Positions 15,501 through 30,500 of a DNA stretch of 64,000 nt are shown here, one piece after another. The position numbers and the translations under genes are program-made. The stretch covers positions 12,402,001 to 12,466,000 of the forward strand of contig OZ076409.1 in NCBI GenBank assembly GCA_964187785.1, given 5' to 3'. The stretch is from Amphiscolops sp. MND2022 (taxonomy: Eukaryota). Numbering within the stretch: position 1 is the stretch's first letter; each line of letters opens with the position of its first letter. Under the pieces are notes generated by a model, which saw nothing but the letters and a program-made list of their open reading frames with translations, did not search any database and was not told the DNA's origin.

Positions 15501-18500
15501 GACAAAAGAAAACCTAAAATGCTTGACAATCAACAATTTTTCAAACCGACAGAATTTATTCTATATAGAAGTACACTAAAGTGAGTCATTTTGAGAGTTA
15601 AAGACAAATAAAAAACCAAAATGCTGGACATAATCAACAATTTTTAAAGCCGACAGAGCTTATCACCTATGGAAGTACACTAAAGTGAGTCATTTTGAGG
15701 GTTAAAGACAAATAAAAAACCAAAATGCTGGACATAATCAACAATTTTTCAAATCGACAGAACTTATCCCCCATGGAAGTATACTAAAGTAAGCCATTTT
15801 GAGAGTTAAAGACATTTGAAAAAGTAAATTGCTGGACCTAATCAACATTTTTTCAAACCGACAGAACTTATCCCCTATGGAAGTATACTGAAGTAAGCCA
15901 TTTTGAGAGTTTGAGACAAATAAAAAACCAAAATGCTGTACCTAATCAACAATTTTTCAAACCGAGAGAACTTATCCCCTATGGAAGTATACTGAAGTAA
16001 GCCATTTTGAGAGTTTGAGACATTTGAAAAGTTAAAATGCTGGAAAAAATCAAAAAAAAATTCAAACCGAGAGAACCTTTTTCCTATATAAATATACTGA
16101 AGTAAGCCATTTTGAGAGTTCAAGACCCAAAAAGCTTAACATAATCAACAATTTTTCCAACCGACAGAGTTTATTCCATATAGAGGTACACTAAAGTGAG
16201 TCATTTTGAGAGTTAGAGACAAATAAAAAACCAAAATGCTGGACATAATCAACAATTTCTCAAACCGAGAGAACTTATCCCCTATGGAAGTATACTGAAG
16301 TAAGCCATTTTGAGAGTTAAAGACATTTGAAAAGTTAAAATGCTGGAAAAAATCAAAATTTTTTCAAACCGAGAGAACTTATCTCCTATAAAAGTATACT
16401 GAAGTAAGCCATTTTGAGAGTTCAAGACAAAAGAAAAACTAAAATGCTTGACAATCAACAATTTTTGAAACCGACAGAATTTATTCCATATATAAGTACA
16501 CCACAGTAGGCCATTTTGAGAGTTAAAAACAAATAAAAACTAAATTGCTGGACATATTCAACTATTTTTCAAACCAACAGAACTTGTCCCCTATAGAAGT
16601 ACACTAAAGTAAGCCATTTTGAAAGTTAAAGACAATTGGAAAGTTAAAATGCCGAAAATAATCAACAATTTTTAGAAACGACAGAACTTATCATTTATGG
16701 AAGTACACTAAAGTGAGACATTTTGAGAGTTCAAGATAAATGAAAAACCAAAATGCTGGACATAATCAACAATTTCTCAAACCGAGAGAACTTATCCCCT
16801 ATGGAAGTATACTGAAGTAAGCCAATTGGAGAGTTAAAGACATTTGAAAAGTTAAAAAGCTGGAAAAAATCAAAATTTTTTCAAACCGAGAGAACTGATC
16901 CTCTATAAAAGTATACTGAAGTAAGCCATTTTGAGAGTTCAAGACAAAAAAAATCTAAAATGCTTGACAATCAACAATTTTTGAAACCGACAGAATTTAT
17001 TTCATATAGAAGTACACTAAAGTAAGCCATTTTGAGAGTTAAAAACAAATGAAAACCAAAATGCTGACATAATCAACTACTTTTCAAACCAACAGAACTT
17101 GTCCCCTATAGAAGTACACTAAAGTAAGCCATTTTGAGAGTTAAAGACAATTGGAAAGTTAAAATGCCGAAAATAATCAACAATTTTTAGAAACGACAGA
17201 ACTTATCATTTATGGAAGTACACTAAAGTGAGACATTTTGAGAGTTCAAGATGAGAAAAACCAAAATGCTGGACATAATCAACAATTTCTCAAACCGAGA
17301 GAACATATCCCCTATGGAAGTATACTGAAGTGAGCCAATTTGAGAGTTAAAGACATTTGAAAAGTTAAAATGCTGGAAAAAATCAAAATTTTTTCAAACC
17401 GAGAGAACTGATCCCCTATAAAAGTATACTGAAGTAAGCCATTTTGAGAGTTCAAGACAAAAGAAAATCTAAAATGCTTGACAATCAACAATTTTTGAAA
17501 CCGACAGATTTTATTCCATATAGAAGTACACTAAAGTAAGCCATTTTGAGAGTTAAAAACAAATAAAAACCAAAATGCTGACATAATCAACTACTTTTCA
17601 AACCAAAAGAACTTGTCCCCTATAGAAGTACACTAAAGTAAGCCATTTTGAGAGTTAAAGACATTTGAAAAATCAAAATGCTGGAAAAAATTGAAAATTT
17701 TTCCAATCGAGAGAACTTATCCCCTATGTTAGTATACTGAAGTAAGCCATTTTGAGAGTTCAAGACAAAAGAAAACCTAAAATGCTTGACAATCAACAAT
17801 TTTTCAAACCGACAGAATTTATTCTATATAGAAGTACACTAAAGTAAGCCATTTTGAGAATTAAAACCAAATAAAAAACTAAAATGCTGGACATAATCAA
17901 CAATTTTTCAAACCGACAGAACATATTCCCTATGGAAGTACACTAAAGTAAGCCTGTTTGAGAGTTGAAGACAATTGAAAAGTTAAAATGCTGGAAAGAA
18001 TCAACAATTTTTAGAAACGACAGAACTTGTCACCTATGGAAGTACACTAAAGTGAGTCATTTTGAGAGTTAAAGACAAATAAAAAACCAAAATGCTGGAC
18101 ATAATCAACAATTTTTAAAGCCGACAGAGCTTATCACCTATGGAAGTACACTAAAGTGAGTCATTTTGAGGGTTAAAGACAAATAAAAAACCAAAATGCT
18201 GGACATAATCAAAAATTTTTCAAACCGACAGAACTTATTCCCTATGGAAGTATACTGAAGTAAGCCATTTTGAGAGTTAAAGACATTTGAAGAGTTAAAA
18301 TGCTGGAAAAAATCAAATTTTTTTCAAACCGAGAGAACTTATCCCCTATGTTAGTATACTGAAGTAAGCCATTTTGAGAGTTCAAGACAAAAGAAAACCT
18401 AAAATGCTTGACAATCAACAATTTTTCAAACCGACAGAATTTATTCTATATAGAAGTACACTAAAGTGAGTCATTTTGAGAGTTAAAGACAAATAAAAAA

Positions 18501-21500
18501 CCAAAATGCTGGACATAATCAACAATTTTTAAAGCCGACAGAGCTTATCACCTATGGAAGTACACTAAAGTGAGTCATTTTGAGGGTTAAAGACAAATAA
18601 AAAACCAAAATGCTGGACATAATCAACAATTTTTCAAATCGACAGAACTTATCCCCCATGGAAGTATACTAAAGTAAGCCATTTTGAGAGTTAAAGACAT
18701 TTGAAAAAGTAAATTGCTGGACCTAATCAACATTTTTTCAAACCGACAGAACTTATCCCCTATGGAAGTATACTGAAGTAAGCCATTTTGAGAGTTTGAG
18801 ACAAATAAAAAACCAAAATGCTGTACCTAATCAACAATTTTTCAAACCGAGAGAACTTATCCCCTATGGAAGTATACTGAAGTAAGCCATTTTGAGAGTT
18901 TGAGACATTTGAAAAGTTAAAATGCTGGAAAAAATCAAAAAAAAATTCAAACCGAGAGAACCTTTTTCCTATATAAATATACTGAAGTAAGCCATTTTGA
19001 GAGTTCAAGACCCAAAAAGCTTAACATAATCAACAATTTTTCCAACCGACAGAGTTTATTCCATATAGAGGTACACTAAAGTGAGTCATTTTGAGAGTTA
19101 GAGACAAATAAAAAACCAAAATGCTGGACATAATCAACAATTTCTCAAACCGAGAGAACTTATCCCCTATGGAAGTATACTGAAGTAAGCCATTTTGAGA
19201 GTTAAAGACATTTGAAAAGTTAAAATGCTGGAAAAAATCAAAATTTTTTCAAACCGAGAGAACTTATCTCCTATAAAAGTATACTGAAGTAAGCCATTTT
19301 GAGAGTTCAAGACAAAAGAAAAACTAAAATGCTTGACAATCAACAATTTTTGAAACCGACAGAATTTATTCCATATATAAGTACACCACAGTAGGCCATT
19401 TTGAGAGTTAAAAACAAATAAAAACTAAATTGCTGGACATATTCAACTATTTTTCAAACCAACAGAACTTGTCCCCTATAGAAGTACACTAAAGTAAGCC
19501 ATTTTGAAAGTTAAAGACAATTGAAAAGTTAAAATGCCGAAAATAATCAACAATTTTTAGAAACGACAGAACTTATCATTTATGGAAGTACACTAAAGTG
19601 AGACATTTTGAGAGTTCAAGATAAATGAAAAACCAAAATGCTGGACATAATCAACAATTTCTCAAACCGAGAGAACTTATCCCCTATGGAAGTATACTGA
19701 AGTAAGCCAATTGGAGAGTTAAAGACATTTGAAAAGTTAAAAAGCTGGAAAAAATCAAAATTTTTTCAAACCGAGAGAACTGATCCTCTATAAAAGTATA
19801 CTGAAGTAAGCCATTTTGAGAGTTCAAGACAAAAAAAATCTAAAATGCTTGACAATCAACAATTTTTGAAACCGACAGAATTTATTTCATATAGAAGTAC
19901 ACTAAAGTAAGCCATTTTGAGAGTTAAAAACAAATGAAAACCAAAATGCTGACATAATCAACTACTTTTCAAACCAACAGAACTTGTCCCCTATAGAAGT
20001 ACACTAAAGTAAGCCATTTTGAGAGTTAAAGACAATTGGAAAGTTAAAATGCCGAAAATAATCAACAATTTTTAGAAACGACAGAACTTATCATTTATGG
20101 AAGTACACTAAAGTGAGACATTTTGAGAGTTCAAGATAAATGAAAAACCAAAATGCTGGACATAATCAACAATTTCTCAAACCGAGAGAACATATCCCCT
20201 ATGGAAGTATACTGAAGTGAGCCAATTTGAGAGTTAAAGACATTTGAAAAGTTAAAATGCTGGAAAAAATCAAAATTTTTTCAAACCGAGAGAACTGATC
20301 CCCTATAAAAGTATACTGAAGTAAGCCATTTTGAGAGTTCAAGACAAAAGAAAATCTAAAATGCTTGACAATCAACAATTTTTGAAACCGACAGATTTTA
20401 TTCCATATAGAAGTACACTAAAGTAAGCCATTTTGAGAGTTAAAAACAAATAAAAACCAAAATGCTGACATAATCAACTACTTTTCAAACCAAAAGAACT
20501 TGTCCCCTATAGAAGTACACTAAAGTAAGCCATTTTGAGAGTTAAAGACAATTGAAAAACTAAAATGCTGAAATAATCAAAAATTTTTAGAAACGACAGA
20601 ACATATCACTTATGGAAGTACACTAAAGTGAGTCATTTTGAGAGTTCAAGACAAAAGAAAAACCAAAATGCTGGACATATTCAACAATTTTTCAAACTGA
20701 GAGAACTTATCCCTCATGGAAGTATACTGAAGTAAGCCATTTTGAGAGTTCAAGACAAAGGAAAATCTAAAATGCTTGACAATCAACAGTTTTTGAAACC
20801 GACAGAATTTATTCCATATATAAGTACACTACAGTAAGCCATTTTGAGAGTTAAAAACAAATAAAAACTAAAATGCTGGACATAATCAACTTTTTTTCAA
20901 ACAAACAGAACTTGTCCCCTATAGAAGTACACTAAAGTAAGCCATTTTGAGAGTTCAAGACAATTGAAAAGTTAAAATGCTGGAAATAATCAACAATTTT
21001 TAGAAACGACAGAACTTATCATTTATGGAAGTACACTAAAATGAGTCATTTTGAGAGTTCAAGACAAATAAAAAACCAAAATGCTGGACATATTCAACAA
21101 TTTTTCAAACTGAGAGAACTTATCCCTCATGGAAGTATACTGAAGTAAGCCATTTTGAGAGTTCAAGACAAAGGAAAATCTAAAATGCTTGACAATCAAC
21201 AGTTTTTGGAAACCGACAGAATTTATTCCATATATAAGTACACTACAGTAAGCCATTTTGAGAGTTAAAAACAAATAAAAACTAAAATGCTGGACATAAT
21301 CAACTTTTTTTCAAACAAACAGAACTTGTCCCCTATAGAAGTACACTAAAGTAAGCCATTTTGAGAGTTCAAGACAATTGAAAAGTTAAAATGCTGGAAA
21401 TAATCAACAATTTTTAGAAACGACAGAACTTATCATTTATGGAAGTACACTAAAGTGAGACATTTTGAGAGTTCAAGATAAATGAAAAACCAAAATGCTG

Positions 21501-24500
21501 GACATAATCAACAATTTCTCAAACCGAGAGAACATATCCCCTATGGAAGTATACTGAAGTGAGCCAATTTGAGAGTTAAAGACATTTGAAAAGTTAAAAT
21601 GCTGGAAAAAATCAAAATTTTTTCAAACCGAGAGAACTGATCCCCTATAAAAGTATACTGAAGTAAGCCATTTTGAGAGTTCAAGACAAAAGAAAATCTA
21701 AAATGCTTGACAATCAACAATTTTTGAAACCGACAGATTTTATTCCATATAGAAGTACACTAAAGTAAGCCATTTTGAGAGTTAAAAACAAATAAAAACC
21801 AAAATGCTGACATAATCAACTACTTTTCAAACCAAAAGAACTTGTCCCCTATAGAAGTACACTAAAGTAAGCCATTTTGAGAGTTAAAGACAATTGAAAA
21901 ACTAAAATGCTGAAATAATCAAAAATTTTTAGAAACGACAGAACATATCACTTATGGAAGTACACTAAAGTGAGTCATTTTGAGAGTTCAAGACAAAAGA
22001 AAAACCAAAATGCTGGACATATTCAACAATTTTTCAAACTGAGAGAACTTATCCCTCATGGAAGTATACTGAAGTAAGCCATTTTGAGAGTTCAAGACAA
22101 AGGAAAATCTAAAATGCTTGACAATCAACAGTTTTTGAAACCGACAGAATTTATTCCATATATAAGTACACTACAGTAAGCCATTTTGAGAGTTAAAAAC
22201 AAATAAAAACTAAAATGCTGGACATATTCAACTTTTTTTTAAACAAACAGAACTTGTCCCCTATAGAAGTACACTAAAGTAAGCCATTTTGAGAGTTCAA
22301 GACAATTGAAAAGTTAAAATGCTGGAAATAATCAACAATTTTTAGAAACGACAGAACTTATCATTTATGGAAGTACACTAAAATGAGTCATTTTGAGAGT
22401 TCAAGACAAATAAAAAACCAAAATGCTGGACATAATCAACAATTTTTCAAACCGAGAGAACTTATCCCCAATGGAAGTATACTGAAGTAAGCCATTTTGA
22501 GAGTTAAAGACATTTGAAAAGTTAAAATGCTGGAAAAAATCAAAATTTTTTCAAACCGAGAGAACTGATCCCCTATAAAAGTATACTGAAGTAGGCCATT
22601 TTGAGAGTTCAAGACAAAGAAAAATCTAAAATGCTTGACAATCAACAATTTTTGAAACCGACAGATTTTATTCCATATAGAAGTACACTAAAGTAAGCCA
22701 TTTTGAGAGTTAAAAACAAATAAAAACCAAAATGCTGACATAATCAACTACTTTTCAAACCAAAAGAACTTGTCCCCTATAGAAGTACACTAAAGTAAGC
22801 CATTTTGAGAGTTAAAGACAATTGAAAAACTAAAATGCTGAAATAATCAAAAATTTTTAGAAACGACAGAACATATCACTTATGGAAGTACACTAAAGTG
22901 AGTCATTTTGAGAGTTCAAGACAAAAGAAAAACCAAAATGCTGGACATATTCAACAATTTTTCAAACTGAGAGAACTTATCCCTCATGGAAGTATACTGA
23001 AGTAAGCCATTTTGAGAGTTCAAGACAAAGGAAAATCTAAAATGCTTGACAATCAACAGTTTTTGAAACCGACAGAATTTATTCCATATATAAGTACACT
23101 ACAGTAAGCCATTTTGAGAGTTAAAAACAAATAAAAACTAAAATGCTGGACATATTCAACTTTTTTTCAAACAAACAGAACTTGTCCCCTATAGAAGTAC
23201 ACTAAAGTAAGCCATTTTGAGAGTTCAAGACAATTGAAAAGTTAAAATGCTGGAAATAATCAACAATTTTTAGAAACGACAGAACTTATCATTTATGGAA
23301 GTACACTAAAATGAGTCATTTTGAGAGTTCAAGACAAATAAAAAACCAAAATGCTGGACATAATCAACAATTTTTCAAACCGAGAGAACTTATCCCCAAT
23401 GGAAGTATACTGAAGTAAGCCATTTTGAGAGTTAAAGACATTTGAAAAGTTAAAATGCTGGAAAAAATCAAAATTTTTTCAAACCGAGAGAACTGATCCC
23501 CTATAAAAGTATACTGAAGTAGGCCATTTTGAGAGTTCAAGACAAAGAAAAATCTAAAATGCTTAACAATCAACAATTTTTGAAACCGACAGAGTTTATT
23601 CCATATAGAAGTACACTAAAGTAAGCCATTTTGAGAGTTAAAAACAAATAAAAACTAAAATGCTGACATAATCAACTACTTTTCAAACCAACAGAACTTG
23701 TCCCCTAAAGAAGTACACTAAAGTAAGCCATTTTGAGATTTAAAGACAATTGAAAAGTTAAAATGCTGGAAATAATCAACAACTTTTCAAACCGAGAGAA
23801 CTTATCCCCTATAAAAGTATACTGAAGTAAGCCATTTTGAGAGTTCAAGACAAAGGAAAATCTAAAATGCTTAACAATCAACAATTTTTGAAACCGACAG
23901 AAATTATTCCATATATAAGTACACTACAGTAAGACATTTTGAAAGTTAAAAACAAATAAAAACTAAAATGCTGGACATAATCAACTATTTTTCAAACCAA
24001 CAGAACTTGTCCCCTATAGATGTACACTAAAGTAAGCCATTTTGAGAGTTAAAGACAATTGAAAAGTTAAAATGCTGAAAATAATCAACAATTTTTGGAA
24101 ACGACAGAACTTATCATTTATGGAAGTACACTAAATTGAGTCATTTTGAGAGTTCAAGACAAATGAAAAACCAAAATGCTGGACATAATCAACAATTTCT
24201 CAAACCGAGAGATTTTATCCCCTATGGAAGTATACTGAAGTAAGCCATTTTGAGTTAAAGACATTTGGAAAATTAAAAAGCTGGAAAAAATCAAAAATTT
24301 TTCAAACCGAGAGAACTTATCCCCTATGTAAGTATACTGAAGTAAGTCATTTTGAGAGTTCAAGACAAATGAAAACCTATAATGCTTGACAATCAACAAT
24401 TTTTCAAACCGACAGAATTTATTCTATATAGAAGTACACCAAAGTAAGCCATTTTGATAGTTAAAAACAAATAAAAACTAAAATGCTGGACATAGTCAAC

Positions 24501-27500
24501 TATTTTTCAAACCGAGAGAACTTATCCACTATGGAAGTACACTAAAGTAAGCCATTTTGAGAGTTAAAGACACTTGAAAAGTTAAAATGCTGGAAATATT
24601 CAACAATTAGTAGAAACGACAGAACTTATCACCTAAGGAAGTACACTAAAGTGAGTCATTTTGAGAGTTGAAGGAAAAAAAAACCAAAATGCTGGACATA
24701 ATCAACAATTTTTCAAACCGACAGAACTTATCCACTATGGAAGTATACTGAAGTCAGCCATTTTGAGTTAAAACAATTGAAAATTTAAAATGCAGGAAAT
24801 AGTCAACAATTTTTCAAACCGAGAGAACTCATCCCCTATGGAAGTACACTAAAGTAAACCATTTTGAGAGTTAACGACAAATAAAAACCTAAAATGCTTG
24901 TCATAATCAACAATTTTTCAAATCGAGGAAACTTATCCATTATGGAAGTACACTAAAGTAAGCCATTTTGAGAGTTAAAGACACTTGAAAAGTTAAAATG
25001 CTGGAAATATTCAACAATTAGTAGAAACGACAGAACTTATCATCTAAGGAAGTACACTAAAGTGAGTCATTTTGAGAGTTGAAGGAAAACAAAAAAACCA
25101 AAATCCTGGACATAATCAACAATTTTTCAAACGGACAGAACTTATCCACTATGGAAGTATACTGAAGTAAGCCATTCTGAGTTAAAGACATTTGAAATTT
25201 TAAAATGCAGGAAATAATCAACAATTTTTCAAACCGAGAGAACTCATCCCCTATGGAAGTACACTAAAGTAAGCCATTTTGAGAGTTAAAGACAAATAAA
25301 AACCTAAATTGATTGACAATCAACAATTTTTCAAACCGGCTGAACTTATTCTATATAGAAGTACACTAAAGTAAGCCATTTTGAGAGTTAAAAACAAATA
25401 AAAAGGTAAAATGCTGGACCTAATCAACAATTTTTCAAATCGACAGAACTTATCCTCTATGGAAGTATACTGAAGTAAGCCATTTTGAGGTGAAGACATT
25501 TGAAAATTTAAAATGCTGAAAAAAATCAAAATTTTTTCAAACCGAGAGAACTGATCCCCTATAAAAGTATACTGAAGTAAGCCATTTTGAGAGTTGAAGA
25601 CAAAGAAAAATCTAAAATGCTTAACAATCAACAATTTTTGAAACCGACAGAATTTATTCCATATAGAAGTACACTAAAGTAAGCCATTTTGAGAGTTAAA
25701 AACAAATAAAAACTAAAATGCTGACATAATCAACTACTTTTCAAACCAACAGAACTTGTCCCCTATAGAAGTACACTAAATTAGGCCATTTTGAGAGTTA
25801 AAGACAATTGAAAATTTAAAATCCTGGAAATAATCAACAACTTTTCAAACCGAGAGAACTTATCACTTATGGAAGTATACTGAAGTAAGCCATTTTGAGT
25901 TAAAGACATTTGAAAAGTTAAAATGCTGGAAAAAATCAAAAGTTTTTCAAACCGAGAGAACTTATCCCCTATAAAAGTATACTGAAGTAAGCCATTTTGA
26001 GAGTTCAAGACAAAGGAAAATCTAAAATGCTTGACAATCAACAATTTTTGAAACCGACAGAATTTATTCCATATATAAGTACACTACAGTAAGCCATTTT
26101 AAGAGTTAAAAACAAATAAAAACTAAAATGCTGGACATAATCAACTATTTTTCAAACCAACAGAACTTGTCCCCTATAGAAGTACACTAAAGTAAGCCAT
26201 TTTGAGTGTTAAAGACAATTGAAAAGTTAAAATGCTGAAAATAATCAACAATTTTTAGAAACGACAGAACTTATCATTTATGGAAGTACACTAAAGTGAG
26301 TCATTTTGAGAGTTCAAGACAAATGAAAAACCAAAATGCTGGACATAATCAACAATTTCTCAAACCGAGAGATTTTATCCCCTATGGAAGTATACTGAAG
26401 TAAGCCATTTTGAGTTAAAGACATTTGGAAAGTTAAAATGCTGGAAAAAATCAAAAATTTTTCAAACCGAGAGAACTTATCCCCTATGTAAGTATACTGA
26501 AGTAAGTCATTTTAAGAGTTCAAGACAAATGAAAACCTATAATGCTTGACAATCAACAATTTTTCAAACCGACAGACTTTATTCTATATAGAAGTACACC
26601 AAAGTAAGCCATTTTGATAGTTAAAAACAAATAAAAACTAAAATGCTGGACATATTCAACTATTTTTCAAACCGAGAGAACTTATCCACTATGGAAGTAC
26701 ACTAAAGTAAGCCATTTTGAGAGTTGAAGACACTTGAAAAGTTAAAATGCTGGAAATATTCAACAATTAGTAGAAACGACAGAACTTATCACCTAAAGAA
26801 GTACACTAAAGTGAGTCATTTTGAGAGTTGAAGGAAAATAAAAAACCAAAATGCTGGACATAATCAACAATTTTTCAAACCGACAGAACTTATCCACTAT
26901 GGAAGTATACTGAAGTAAGCCATTCTGAGTTAAAAACATTTGAAAATTTAAAATGCAGGAAATAGTCAACAATTTTTCAAACCGAGAGAACTCATCCCCT
27001 ATGGAAAAACACTAAAGTAAGCTATTTTGAGAGTTAACGACAAATAAAAACCTAAAATGCTTGTCATAATCAACAATTTTTCAAATCGAGGAAACTGATC
27101 CACTATGGAAGTACACTAAAGTAAGCCATTTTGAGAGTTAAAGACACTTGAAAAGTTAAAATGCTGGAAACATTCAACAATCAGTAGAAACGACAGAACT
27201 TATCACCTAAAGAAGTACACTAAAGTGAGTCATTTTGAGAGTTGAAGGAAAACAAAAAAACCAAAATCCTGGACATAATCAACAATTTTTCAAACCGACT
27301 GAACTTATTCTATATAGAAGTACACTAAAGTAAGCCATTTTGAGAGTTAAAAACAAATAAAAAGGTAAAATGCTGGACCTAATCAACAATTTTTCAAATC
27401 GACAGAACTTATCCTCTATGGAAGTATACTGAAGTAAGCCATTTTGAGGTGAAGACATTTGAAAATTTAAAATGCTGGAAAAAATCAAAATTTTTTCAAA

Positions 27501-30500
27501 CCGAGAGAACAGATCCCCTATCAAAGTATAGTGAAGTAAGCCATTTTGAGAGTTCAAGACAAAGAAAAATCTAAAATGCCTAACAATCAACAGTTTTTGA
27601 AACCGACAGAATTTATTCCATATAGAAGTACACTAAAGTAAGCCATTTTGAGAGTTAAAAACAAATAAAAACTAAAATGCTGACATAATCAACTACTTTT
27701 CAAACCAACAGAACTTGTCCCCTATAGAAGTACACTAAATTAAGCCATTTTGAGAGTTAAAGACAATTGAAAAGTTAAAATGCTGGAAATAATCAACAAC
27801 TTTTCAAACCGAGAGAACTTATCACTTATGGAAGTATACTGAAGTAAGCCATTTTGAGTTAAAGACATTTGAAAAGTTAAAATGCTGGAAAAAATCAAAA
27901 GTTTTTCAAACCGAGAGAACTTATCCCCCATAAAAGTATACTGAAGTAAGCCATTTTGAGAGTTCAAGACAAAGGAAAATCTAAAATGCTTGACAATCAA
28001 CAATTTTTGAAACCGACAGAATTTATTCCATATATAAGTACACTACAGTAAGTCATTTTGAGAGTTAAAAACAAATAAAAACTAAAATGCTGGACATAAT
28101 CAACTATTTTTCAAACCAACAGAACTTGTCCCCTATAGAAGTACACTAAAGTAAGCCATTTTGAGAGTTAAAGACAATTGAAAAGTTAAAATGCTGAAAA
28201 TAATCAACAATTTTTAGAAACGACAGAACTTATCATTTATGGAAGTACACTAAAGTGAGTCATTTTGAGAGTTCAAGACAAATGAAAAACCAAAATGCTG
28301 GACATAATCAACAATTTCTCAAACCGAGAGATTTTATCCCCTATGGAAGTATACTGAAGTAAGCCATTTTGAGTTAAAGACATTTGGAAAGTTAAAATGC
28401 TGGAAAAAATCAAAAATTTTTCAAACCGAGAGAACTTGTCCCCTATGTAAGTATACTGAAGTAAGTCATTTTGAGAGTTCAAGACAAATGAAAACCTATA
28501 ATGCTTGACAATCAACAATTTTTCAAACAGACAGACTTTATTCTATATAGAAGTACACCAAAGTAAGCCATTTTGATAGTTAAAAACAAATAAAAACTAA
28601 AATGCTGGACATATTCAACTATTTTTCAAACCGAGAGAACTTATCCACTATGGAAGTACACTAAAGTAAGCCATTTTGAGAGTTAAAGACACTTGAAAAG
28701 TTAAAATGCTGGAAATATTCAACAATTAGTAGAAACGACAGAACTTATCACCTAAAGAAGTACACTAAAGTGAGTCATTTTGAGAGTTGAAGGAAAATAA
28801 AAAACCAAAATGCTGGACATAATCAACAATTTTTCAAACCGACAGAACTTATCCACTATGGAAGTATACTGAAGTAAGCCATTCTGAGTTAAAAACATTT
28901 GAAAATTTAAAATGCAGGAAATAGTCAACAATTTTTCAAACCGAGAGAACTCATCCCCTATGGAAAAACACTAAAGTAAGCTATTTTGAGAGTTAACGAC
29001 AATTAAAAACCTAAAATGCTTGTCATAATCAACAATTTTTCAAATCGAGGAAACTGATCCACTATGGAAGTACACTAAAGTAAGCCATTTTGAGAGTTAA
29101 AGACACTTGAAAAGTTAAAATGCTGGAAACATTCAACAATCAGTAGAAACGACAGAACTTATCACCTAAGGAAGTACACTAAAGTGAGTCATTTTGAGAG
29201 TTGAAGGAAAACAAAAAAACCAAAATCCTGGACATAATCAACAATTTTTCAAACGGACAGAACTTATCCACTATGGAAGTATACTGAAGTAAGCCATTCT
29301 GAGTTAAAGACAAATAAAAACATAAAATGCTTGACAATCAACAATTTTTCAAACTGACTGAACTTATTCTATATAGAAGTACACTAAAGTAAGCCATTTT
29401 GAGAGTTAAAAACAAATAAAAAGGTAAAATGCTGGACCTAATCAACAATTTTTCAAATCGACAGAACTTATCCTCTATGGAAGTATACTGAAGTAAGCCA
29501 TTTTGAGGTAAAGACATTTGAAAAGTTAAAATGCAGGAAATAATCAACAATTTTTCAAACCAAGAGAACTCATCCCCTATGGAAGTACACTAAAGTGAGC
29601 CATTTTGAGAGTTCAAAACAAATGAAAACCTAAAATGCTTGACAATCAACACTTTTTTAAACCTACAGAATTTATTCCATATAGAAGTACAATAATGTAA
29701 GCCATTTTGAGAGTTAAAAACAAATAAAAACCTAAATGCTGGATATAATCAATTATTTTTCAAACCGACAGAACTTTTTCTCTATAGAAATACACTAATG
29801 TAAGCCATTTTGAGAACTAAAAACAATTGAAAAGTTAAAATGCTGGAAATAATCATCAATTTTTAGAAACGACAGAACTTATCACCTATGGAAGTACACT
29901 AAAGTGAGTCATTTTGAGAGTTAAAGACAGAACACCAAAATGCTGGACATAATCAACAGTTTTCCAAACCGACAAAGCTTATCACCTATGGAAGTACACT
30001 AAAAAGAGTCATTTTGAAAGTTAAAGACAAATAAAAAACCGAAATGCTGGACATAATGAACAATTTTTCAAAACGAGAGAACTTATCCCCTATTGAAGTA
30101 TACTGAAGTAAGCCATTTTGAGTTAAAGACATTTGAAAAGTTAAAATGTTGGAAAAAATCAACAAATTTTCAAACCGAGAGAACTTATCCCCTATGTAAG
30201 TATACTGAAGTAAGCCATTTTGAGAGTTCGAGACAAATGAAAACCTATAGTGCTTGACGAACAACAATTTTTCAAACCGAAAGAATTTATTCCAAATAGA
30301 AGTACAGTAAAGTAAGCCATTTTGAGAGTTAAAAACAAATGAAAACTAAAATGCTGGACATAATCAACTTTTTTTCAAACCGAGAGAACTTATCCACTAT
30401 GGAAGTACACTAAAGTAAGCCAATTTGAGAGTTAAAGACACTTGAAAAGTTAAAATGCTGGAAATATTCAACAATTAGTAGAAACGACAGAACTTATCAC

